From contig JAUYKA010000008.1 of NCBI GenBank assembly GCA_030698495.1, forward strand, positions 14,895 through 78,894: 64,000 bases of DNA, given 5' to 3'. The DNA comes from a bacterium. Its GTDB lineage: Bacteria > Patescibacteriota > Andersenbacteria > UBA10190. The translations under genes and the position numbers were made by a program. The notes under the pieces were generated by a model. The model was not told the origin of the DNA. It saw only the letters and a list, made by a program, of their open reading frames with translations, and ran no database searches. Of the stretch, positions 57,236 through 64,000 are shown piece by piece; the first letter of the stretch is position 1, and each line of letters opens with the position of its first letter.

Positions 57236-57943
57236 TTATTTCCCCGTCAGCCGCAGTTTCCAAACTATAGCCATGGCTTCACGGACTATTTTGCCACTCA
57301 TTTTAGATTTCCCGGCCCGGCGTTCAGTAAAGACAATGGGTATTTCTTTAATGCGCAGATGTCGGCGCCATGACCGGAAGATGGTTATTACTTGAAAACC
57401 ATAGCCATCGGCACGGATTGTTGGTAAGTCAATAGTTTGAAGAGCGCTTGATCGCCAAGCGCGAAAGCCGCCGGTTGAATCTTTAAAAGGAAGGCCGGTA
57501 ATAAAACCGGCGTAAGCGTTGCCGCCGATGCTTAAAAGTAAGCGGCGCAGGGGCCAATTGACGATACTGATGCCGTTAACGTAGCGCGAGCCAATAACAA
57601 CATCGCTGCTTTCCAGGTGTTGGAGTAGTCGGGGGACATCATGGGGGTTATGAGAAAAGTCCGCATCCATCTGCACGACACTATCCGCCCCTTTTGCGAC
57701 GGCGTATTGAAAACCATGAATGTAGGCGCGGCCGAGGCCGGATTTTTTGGGGCGGACGACGAGTTGCAGTTTTGGAAAGTTGGTTTGCAGACGGCGCACT
57801 ATATCGGCCGTGCGGTCGGGAGAGTTATCGTCAATAATAAGAACGGAAATATTGGGTACGTTAAGAGCGAACAAAGATTTGATCATTTGTTCGATATTCA
57901 TTTTTTCGTTGTAGGTAGGTATGACTACCCAAGGATTGTTCAT
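57236..57943 (-). CDS. Dpm1/Ppm1-like GT2 polyprenol-monophosphate sugar synthase (dolichol-phosphate mannosyltransferase family).
   Basis: It has VVIPTYNEKMNI, VLIIDDNSPDRT, GLGRAYIHGF, VQMDADFSHNP and VVIGSRY. Confidence 0.9.
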   Translation of the reverse strand: MNNPWVVIPTYNEKMNIEQMIKSLFALNVPNISVLIIDDNSPDRTADIVRRLQTNFPKLQLVVRPKKSGLGRAYIHGFQYAVAKGADSVVQMDADFSHNPHDVPRLLQHLESSDVVIGSRYVNGISIVNWPLRRLLLSIGGNAYAGFITGLPFKDSTGGFRAWRSSALQTIDLPTIRADGYGFQVITIFRSWRRHLRIKEIPIVFTERRAGKSKMSGKIVREAMAIVWKLRLTGK

Positions 57944-58005
57944 ATGCCAAGATTAGCAGTATATGGGGTTATTAGTAAACCCTGCGGATGCAGGCAAATA
58001 AGTAA

Positions 58006-59052
58006 TTAACCGGGCGGAAGAATGTCTTGAAGCACAGTCATGATTTCGGACACGGTAATGGCCGCCAGGCCGGACTTGGTTGATTGTTTGCCGGGACGCG
58101 TCCAATTTTTATAGTGTTGTCGGTTTACCTCGGCGGATGTTAATTCGGGCGGAGGATTCGGGCTTTTTAGGATAGTATACGGAAGAGAAGATGGTCCGAG
58201 TAGAGTACGGTGTCGGCGTTGTTTATCCGCAATATATTTATTAAGAAAAAAGGCCGGAGCTGATCGGTGTAACGCCTGATCGCAAAAAAGGGTAAGCGTA
58301 GGCGCACCGACGGCCGCGGCAAAATGGAGAGGTCCGGACATTACGCCGATAGCCGCATCGGCAAAAGTCAACGTGGCCATGTTTTCTCTTAACGTAAGGG
58401 GGCGCCCTTTGTATTCCGGCGTATATTTACCGCCAAACCAGATAGGCGCGACGCGGTATATTTTTTTTATTTGCGATGACAAATCGTCTATTTTACCGGG
58501 GTCCCAACCGCGAGTAGTGGCGCCTTCCAGTCCTTCCAGCAGAATAATGCGGGGGTGAGGCGCGCTGGCCATAACGTTGGAGGCAATATATTCGTCTTGA
58601 GGTGTTAAATATATTTTATAGTTGGTAAAATCCGCTTGCGGTAATCCCAGGTGCCGATATATTTTTTTTAATGGGTTGTCTTCGTGGCCGATGCCGAAAT
58701 CAAGTTCGTATGTGTTAGTATAGGAGCCGGAATTTTTTTGTTGATTAAAATACTGACGGTTCCAGGTGGGGAAACACCGGCCATCTTCACAACAAGTGCG
58801 GGCTGACAGGTCAAGCTTGGTATCATGCCAATGGATTAATTGATCTATGTGAGGGTTAGTCATGATGAGACTGACGCAGAAACCGTCCTGATTTCTTTTG
58901 CCCCAGCGGCCGTGTTTATCTTTAAATCCCCAGGGTGTTATAAAGGTAATATGGCAGTCTGGATATTTTTGTTTCAGGACAGATAATATGGGCGGTATAA
59001 AAAAAACCAGATCACCCATGTTGCCGACGTGTTTTATTAAAAATTTTTTCAT
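58006..59052 (-). CDS. GT9-family (heptosyltransferase-like) glycosyltransferase.
   Basis: It has KHVGNMGDLVFFIPPILSVLKQKYPDCHITFIT at the N-terminus and GVMSGPLHFAAAVGAPTLTLF at the C-terminus. Confidence 0.6.
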   Translation of the reverse strand: MKKFLIKHVGNMGDLVFFIPPILSVLKQKYPDCHITFITPWGFKDKHGRWGKRNQDGFCVSLIMTNPHIDQLIHWHDTKLDLSARTCCEDGRCFPTWNRQYFNQQKNSGSYTNTYELDFGIGHEDNPLKKIYRHLGLPQADFTNYKIYLTPQDEYIASNVMASAPHPRIILLEGLEGATTRGWDPGKIDDLSSQIKKIYRVAPIWFGGKYTPEYKGRPLTLRENMATLTFADAAIGVMSGPLHFAAAVGAPTLTLFCDQALHRSAPAFFLNKYIADKQRRHRTLLGPSSLPYTILKSPNPPPELTSAEVNRQHYKNWTRPGKQSTKSGLAAITVSEIMTVLQDILPPG

Positions 59053-59135
59053 GGCTTATTTTTAAGCATATACATAAGAAGGAAAAGTGGAAGCGCCTTA
59101 ATAGACAATCAGAAGAGCTGTAATATAATAAAGCT

Positions 59136-60179
59136 ATGTATGACAAGAGCTTAAGAGGCGGGTTTGTGTTGGCGGAGTTGTTGATTGTAATAGCGATCTT
59201 TGGAATTCTAACGGCAATTATTGTAGTGGCGGTAATGTCGGCAAACAGGAGCGCTCATTTAGCGCGGGTTAAGGTGCATGCCGCGCAGGTTAATCGATAT
59301 ATCGAAGCTGATTGCGTCAGTAAAATTGATATTACCGACAGCGCGCCACTGGACAGCTGTGCCGGTGCCAGCGTAACTACTTATGGTAATCCGCAAGTGG
59401 TGGAGGGTTTTGACGGCAAGAAGGCGTGGCATTTTACGGGTAATGAGTATGTTGAGGTATCAGACGTGCCAGCTTTAGGTGATTCATGGACAATAGCCAG
59501 CTGGTTTAAGCCCGATGATGTGGCTACGTTGAACGGGGCGGTAATTAGCGCTGTCGGAAACAGCGGTTCTTATTATCATATTTTTGTTGCCGGCAAGACC
59601 GTTTATGCCTACATGATAACTCCATTGTTGGATATTCAACTGACAGGTCTTGATGTGTTATCTGCAGACGATTGGAATCATATCGCTTTTACTTACGATA
59701 ATACGAAGAAGTTGGCGAGCCTGGTGGTCAACGGGGAACTGGTGGATCAAGTGTTAAAGTCCGACACGGCCGCGCTGAAGCAAAGTTCTCTAGCACTAAG
59801 TCGTCAAGAGGGGCGTGTGGCGGGAATTATGGACGAGGCGGGTTTTGATCGGATTGTCATTGGTAATTATGCAAGTTCATATCCGGTAGAGGGTTTGGTT
59901 ATGGGTGTGATAGAATCAAACGTTTCCGTACCGACAGCGGTGATCAGTACCTCACCGACGGCGCAGCCAACGGATTCACCGACACCTACACCGACTATTA
60001 CGCCGACCGATTCACCGGTCTACTCTCCAACTTACACACCGACGGATTCACCAACTTGGTCGCCAACACCATCAGAAACACCAACGATAACCCCGACGTG
60101 GACTCCGACATTGACCCCAACTCCGACTTCGTCATGGACGCCAACTCCAACAATTACTCCCACAACATCCCCGACTTAA
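59136..60179 (+). CDS. Type IV pilin-like protein with an N-terminal prepilin motif, a LamG/concanavalin-like domain and a C-terminal Pro/Thr-rich tail.
   Basis: RGG|[20 protein letters not shown] has a Glu at +5 relative to the putative cleavage site. [27 protein letters not shown] is a LamG signature. The last roughly 80 aa are SPT/PTP repeats. Confidence 0.7.
   Translation: MYDKSLRGGFVLAELLIVIAIFGILTAIIVVAVMSANRSAHLARVKVHAAQVNRYIEADCVSKIDITDSAPLDSCAGASVTTYGNPQVVEGFDGKKAWHFTGNEYVEVSDVPALGDSWTIASWFKPDDVATLNGAVISAVGNSGSYYHIFVAGKTVYAYMITPLLDIQLTGLDVLSADDWNHIAFTYDNTKKLASLVVNGELVDQVLKSDTAALKQSSLALSRQEGRVAGIMDEAGFDRIVIGNYASSYPVEGLVMGVIESNVSVPTAVISTSPTAQPTDSPTPTPTITPTDSPVYSPTYTPTDSPTWSPTPSETPTITPTWTPTLTPTPTSSWTPTPTITPTTSPT
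59941..60176. repeat. Low-complexity coding repeat of ccgac/ccaac-rich units that encodes the PT-rich tail.
   Basis: It holds many reiterations of acnccgac(g/t). It translates to [12 protein letters not shown]...TPTPT. Confidence 0.7.
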
Positions 60180-61296
60180 TTTTTTGGGTTAAACTTTGAT
60201 CTACAAGCGCCATTAATCGCTCGGCGGATGGCTGATAGTCATATTTAATTAAGTTATCAAGGGCTATCTGAACTGTCTGTTGGTAGTAATCACTGTCAGT
60301 GAGTAGTCGGATGGCTTGACCAATAAGGTCAGTAACGTCGGCAGGATCAGGAGAGTAAAGATCGGGATATAAGTCGCGTTGGCCGTCGGAGTTGGCGCCG
60401 ATGCTGGGCGTGCCAACGGCGGCGCAATCGGTTTGCACACGCCCGCGTGTAAACGTGGCGTCAGTATTTATAACTAAGCGAGCGCGCGCGATGGTTTGCA
60501 GATGTTTAGACCATTGCTCAAAGGGAAGAAATTCGTATTTTGATTGGCCGAGGTTAGTTGTGTCGTAGTCGAGTTCGGGGACTTTAGGAATTAAGATTCT
60601 TAAATCAGGATATTTTTTCTGGATGGCGGCCGCGACAAGCTGCCCTTTGGTAATATCGGAGCGCTGGGTAACTCCGGCAATAATAATAGTGTTGTTCTTG
60701 TGGCCGCCGTCTTTAAAAAACTTGGTGGCATAATGGGTCGGGTACGGCTGGGGGAGGTAACTCGCTTTGACACCAGATATTTTAGTGTACCAATCCACCG
60801 TATCACGGACTACGCTAATAAAAATATCACATGATTGAATAAAGTCTACCAAGTCTTTTTTACTGATCGGATTGTTTTCTACGGCCTGGCGCAGAATGCC
60901 GTACGGCTGTGTAGGGACGCCGATTATAAATGGACGGGGTGATGTCTCGCGCAGATGATTGACGGCCTTAATCATTTCACGGGTGTCACTTAGTTGGTGA
61001 ACGGTCATGATCGTGTCGAAGCGGCGCAGATACTCAAGGTTGTAGTCGTCCGGCCAGGATCCGGACAAGCGCTTTATTATTTTGCGAAAAAGGACGGCGG
61101 CGGGAGAAACATGGTTTACTGGACCGACAATTAGACCCAGCAGCGGAACATGTTCTCCCTTGAGAGCGGAAACATAACAGCCGAAGCTGGTGGGATCTAT
61201 TTCTGTTTGGGGATTACACAGGTAGTTGGGCTTGTTCTCTTGGTGGCGCCAGACGCGGCCGGATTTTGATGTGTATTCAAGAACGGCGAATTTCAT
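60154..61296 (-). CDS. GT-B-fold glycosyltransferase-like protein (degenerate GT4-like).
   Basis: 380 aa. The C-terminus has [37 protein letters not shown], resembling the GT4 E-x7-E region. The assignment is uncertain. Confidence 0.45.
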   Translation of the reverse strand: MKFAVLEYTSKSGRVWRHQENKPNYLCNPQTEIDPTSFGCYVSALKGEHVPLLGLIVGPVNHVSPAAVLFRKIIKRLSGSWPDDYNLEYLRRFDTIMTVHQLSDTREMIKAVNHLRETSPRPFIIGVPTQPYGILRQAVENNPISKKDLVDFIQSCDIFISVVRDTVDWYTKISGVKASYLPQPYPTHYATKFFKDGGHKNNTIIIAGVTQRSDITKGQLVAAAIQKKYPDLRILIPKVPELDYDTTNLGQSKYEFLPFEQWSKHLQTIARARLVINTDATFTRGRVQTDCAAVGTPSIGANSDGQRDLYPDLYSPDPADVTDLIGQAIRLLTDSDYYQQTVQIALDNLIKYDYQPSAERLMALVDQSLTQKIKSGMLWE

Positions 61297-61316
61297 AAGT
61301 TATAAAAAAGATTTTA

Positions 61317-62906
61317 TTATATGGTAAGATCCGGTGTTTTAGAACGCGTTAACTTATTTTTGGCAATTGCGACAATGTCGTGAATTTCTTCGATGCGCCA
61401 GAGGTAAGCGGCCGTTAGGTAGAAGGCGGCGCCGGTTATGATAGGTATTATAACCTGGATTAGGTTGCTAAGCGCTGGCTGGTCGGGGAAAATAGATAAG
61501 AGAGGGAAGACAAGCCGGAGAAGGAAAAACATGGCGACGGTTAGTACTATGATTTTGGGGTAGGAAGAATGCCAATAGGCAAGGTGGAGGCGAGGAATGA
61601 AACGAGAGAGGTAAAGGAAATACAGTCCGGCTATAACTAGCGGTACAAGTGAAGAAGCCAGGGCTAATCCGGCCACACCCATTCTGGGGGTGAGTAGGAC
61701 GAAGAGAAAAATCGCAACAGCTTGGGAAGATATAGATACGGCGACAGCCGCGCGAGTTTCCTGCAGAGCCAGAACGGTGTGACCGAGAATAGAGCTTAAA
61801 CCGTTGATAGCTAGGCCTAACCCCAAGAAGAGGAGAGCGATGCTGGTTAGGCGAGTATCAGCCGCGGAAAAAGATCCGTGTTGGTAAAGTAATGATATCA
61901 GCGGCAGGCGCAGTATGATTATGCCGGCGATAACTGGCAGGGTAATAAGGAATATCAGGCGGCTGGCATAGCCGATGGTGTCGCGCATGCCGGTAAAATC
62001 TTGCTGGCTGGACTTGGCGGACAAGAGGGGAAAAATGACAACTGTGATTGAATTTAGAAACATGATTGCCAGAAGTTGAGTGATTTTCTCGGCATATTTT
62101 AGAGAGGAAAGGCTGCCGGCGGAAAGATCAGATACAAGGACGCGATAAACGATACCAGCTCCTTGCGTAACTAGGACGGAAAAAAGAAAGGGATAGGTAA
62201 GACGAAGCATTTTTTTGAAAGCGGGATCAAGCGGGGCAAAGACAAAACGATAATGAAAATTTTTGCGTCCAAGCGTCCAAAAGACCAAAAGTAATTGCAG
62301 GCAGGATCCCGCCAATACGCCAATTGCCAGCGAGTAGATGCCAATTAATGAAGTGAGAGTGGCCACCGCTATTAAAGAAACGGCGGGGGCAATTACGCGC
62401 AGTAGAGCCGGTACAATAAACGACTTAAGCGAATAGAGTATGGATACAGCCAAATCCACCAGATACAGAAACAGGAAAGAGGGCAGCATGATGCGCAATA
62501 GCGCCACGGTCAGGTCGGTGGTGACAGGATCAAACCCGGGTGCGATAAAGGCGACGAATGGCCTGGCAAAAAGAGCCAGGAGAGTAATTAAAATGATAAA
62601 GATACAACCGGTGACATGTAGGATGTTTAAACCGAGTTGCCAAGCTTCCTGGTGTCGGTTTTTGGCGATGCGGTTAACAAACATAGGTAGAAATACGGCG
62701 GTAATAGAACCGCCGAGCAACAACTTACTAAGCATCTCCGATGTTGATTGTGCCATAAAGAAGGCATCGGTTTTAGATGAGGCGCCGAAGAAGTAGGCAA
62801 CCGTTAACTGAAGGAGAAATCCGACCAGCGCGCCGCCCAGGGCGGCCGAGCTGATCAAGCTGGCGGACCCGATTGTTTGTTGTGACTCCTTGGTGTTTTT
62901 ATTCAT
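61317..62906 (-). CDS. murJ: MurJ/MviN-family (MOP superfamily) lipid-linked glycan flippase.
   Basis: 529 aa with about 14 TM. The N-terminal LQLTVAYFFGASSKTDAFFMAQSTSEMLSKLLLGGSITAVFLPMF matches the MurJ N-terminal signature (fGas..tDAff.A...P....eGa...afvP.f). Confidence 0.7.
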   Translation of the reverse strand: MNKNTKESQQTIGSASLISSAALGGALVGFLLQLTVAYFFGASSKTDAFFMAQSTSEMLSKLLLGGSITAVFLPMFVNRIAKNRHQEAWQLGLNILHVTGCIFIILITLLALFARPFVAFIAPGFDPVTTDLTVALLRIMLPSFLFLYLVDLAVSILYSLKSFIVPALLRVIAPAVSLIAVATLTSLIGIYSLAIGVLAGSCLQLLLVFWTLGRKNFHYRFVFAPLDPAFKKMLRLTYPFLFSVLVTQGAGIVYRVLVSDLSAGSLSSLKYAEKITQLLAIMFLNSITVVIFPLLSAKSSQQDFTGMRDTIGYASRLIFLITLPVIAGIIILRLPLISLLYQHGSFSAADTRLTSIALLFLGLGLAINGLSSILGHTVLALQETRAAVAVSISSQAVAIFLFVLLTPRMGVAGLALASSLVPLVIAGLYFLYLSRFIPRLHLAYWHSSYPKIIVLTVAMFFLLRLVFPLLSIFPDQPALSNLIQVIIPIITGAAFYLTAAYLWRIEEIHDIVAIAKNKLTRSKTPDLTI

Positions 62907-63078
62907 GGTTCCAATAAAAAACTATGGCCAATGTCAGTAATAGGATGCCGGCATAAAAAAGGGACGTGTCCGCATAAGGGGTAAATAACGCTGACTGCAG
63001 CCAGCGCATGGCAGTAACAAGCGTAGATGCTACTAAGAACGACAAGGCGAGAAAAATAGTTACCTGTTCAAGTTTCAT
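62899..63078 (-). CDS. Small 2-TM membrane protein (59 aa), translationally coupled to murJ. It is below the ORF-track length cut-off.
   Basis: It reads MKLEQVTIFLALSFLVASTLVTAM...ILLLTLAIVFYWNHE. Its stop overlaps the murJ ATG (cATGAATAA). Its start overlaps the upstream gene stop. Confidence 0.3.
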   Translation of the reverse strand: MKLEQVTIFLALSFLVASTLVTAMRWLQSALFTPYADTSLFYAGILLLTLAIVFYWNHE

Positions 63079-63677
63079 ACAGCTCGCTCGCGTAATAGTA
63101 TACCGCGCAGAAAACGAATAGTTGGTAAAATGGTAGGTTGGGTGGTCTTGATGTGTGCGTTTATGTTACGCAATGTCCATAGTGCCGTCTGATTGTTCTC
63201 ATCCAGTGCTTTAAGGGGGTCGTTATTATCAGTAAAGAACATTAGATCGAGCGATTGGTCAGCCGCGGCCAGTTTGTCGGTTAAATCAATTGTAATAGAA
63301 GCTGTTTGCGGGTCGGTGATGTCGCGGCCGGTTTCGTTTTTATAAAAGGTGACGGGCTGATAACTTAGCCAGAATTGGTTCTGTCTGATGCCGACCGATA
63401 GGCTGGCCGTGCGTCGGGGGATAAAATCGACAGTAAGGTTTAATTGTTTGGCAAAGACCGGTTGATGAATAACAATATCGCTGTGGGCTAAATTTTCCGT
63501 GATTAGCGTTTCGTTGTTTGGCTGCGGGAAGGGGATCCCGTCGATATTGGTCGGCGCGGAAATATAGACATTGCCAGTAAAGATAAGCGACCACACAAAA
63601 ATCGACGCTGCTATCATCAGCGCGAAATAGCAAACAGCTACCAAATATATAATTGCGGCGAAGACCTTAGGCAGCAT
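63075..63677 (-). CDS. Membrane-anchored hypothetical protein with an N-terminal TM and an extracytoplasmic domain.
   Basis: 200 aa with an N-terminal AAIIYLVAVCYFALMIAASIFVWSLIF. It is in an operon with murJ. Confidence 0.5.
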   Translation of the reverse strand: MLPKVFAAIIYLVAVCYFALMIAASIFVWSLIFTGNVYISAPTNIDGIPFPQPNNETLITENLAHSDIVIHQPVFAKQLNLTVDFIPRRTASLSVGIRQNQFWLSYQPVTFYKNETGRDITDPQTASITIDLTDKLAAADQSLDLMFFTDNNDPLKALDENNQTALWTLRNINAHIKTTQPTILPTIRFLRGILLRERAV

Positions 63678-63682
63678 AAAAT

Positions 63683-64000
63683 CTACCGGATTATTTTATT
63701 AAGACGGGGATTAAGCGAGGCGAGACGAGCGCGATCAGCCGGGGTTATTTCTCTTAATAAAATCATTACGGCTAAATATATAACCAGCGCTAACAGGTAG
63801 TGTAGAGGCAGGTTCAGCGGCGTAGTGCGCCATAGATAAGTCGGTAAGACAGCGGTGAAACTGGCAATGGATATATTAATAATACTGTGGATTGGCAGCG
63901 GAATTTTAAAGGAGCGAAAAGTGTATAGGCTTATGACGATTAACCCAATAAGTCCGGTGGTGGTGGTTTGCCAGGCAGCGCCGATGAGACCTAGGCGAGG
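63683..64000 (-). CDS. C-terminal fragment of a polytopic membrane protein (possibly a Wzx-like polysaccharide flippase). It continues beyond the window.
   Basis: The reverse-strand frame is open from 64000 to the stop at 63683..63685. It is hydrophobic: ...GLIGLIVISLYTF...IINISIASFTAVLPTYLW...LLALVIYLAVMILL. There is no start codon in the window. Confidence 0.35.
   Translation of the reverse strand, partial: PRLGLIGAAWQTTTTGLIGLIVISLYTFRSFKIPLPIHSIINISIASFTAVLPTYLWRTTPLNLPLHYLLALVIYLAVMILLREITPADRARLASLNPRLNKIIR

Noticed and set aside
56040-57263. Assigning ORF 56040 as Kdo transferase (WaaA/GT30) to complete an LPS-core set.
   Set aside because: A mental alignment with E. coli WaaA shows no convincing shared motifs. 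Only a GT-B-like fold is inferred, so the specific call is not made.

Overview
This 64-kb window is, after a pseudogene and two intact YfhO-like genes at its left end, one continuous glycan-biosynthesis megalocus running from about 7.6 to 63 kb; the sequence is bacterial, roughly mid-GC and reads in the standard genetic code. I found no rRNA, tRNA, CRISPR array, transposase or integrase. From the translations I recognise the following.

- **Cytoplasmic transferases.** At least 11 GT4-type (GT-B) glycosyltransferases, five or six GT2 (GT-A) enzymes and two GT9 heptosyltransferase-like genes.
- **Polyprenol-phosphate route.** Two polyprenol-phosphate sugar synthases (GtrB-like and Dpm1-like), a small partner membrane protein, and GT-C-type membrane transferases: three tandem YfhO-family paralogs, one of them disrupted, plus three further large polytopic membrane proteins.
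- **Precursor enzymes.** GDP-L-fucose synthase (Fcl), a WbpP/TviC-like UDP-HexNAc 4-epimerase and a UXS/ArnA-like SDR.
- **Nonulosonic-acid sub-cassette.** Two NeuB-family synthases, one fused to a cytidylyltransferase, with a KdsC-family phosphatase.
- **Methylation.** Nine SAM-dependent methyltransferases, including a TylF/MycF-type sugar O-methyltransferase and an FkbM-type.
- **Export.** An MsbA/PglK-like ABC exporter, a MurJ-family flippase and a partial Wzx-like gene at the right edge.
- **Other.** A CE4 deacetylase, a TrpR-like (YerC/YecD) regulator and a type-IV-pilin-like LamG protein with a Pro/Thr-rich tail.

The most interesting system-level reading is a composite envelope or protein glycosylation machine. 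It combines cytoplasmic oligosaccharide assembly, flipping, extracytoplasmic polyprenol-P-sugar decoration by GT-C enzymes, heavy O-methylation and a CMP-nonulosonate branch. Embedded in it is an uncharacterised pair of polymerase-beta-like nucleotidyltransferase-fold proteins.

Non-coding signals worth checking:

- A perfect 26-bp palindrome just upstream of the TrpR-like gene, with a near-copy just downstream of it.
- A dispersed roughly 75 to 125-bp repeat family.
- A 40-bp tandem duplication inside a GT9 gene that is read in two frames.
- A (TGTATTT)x4 heptamer tract inside a WaaE-like GT2 gene, which could be a phase-variation switch.

Every functional call is from motif recognition by eye. 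None is confirmed by a database search.
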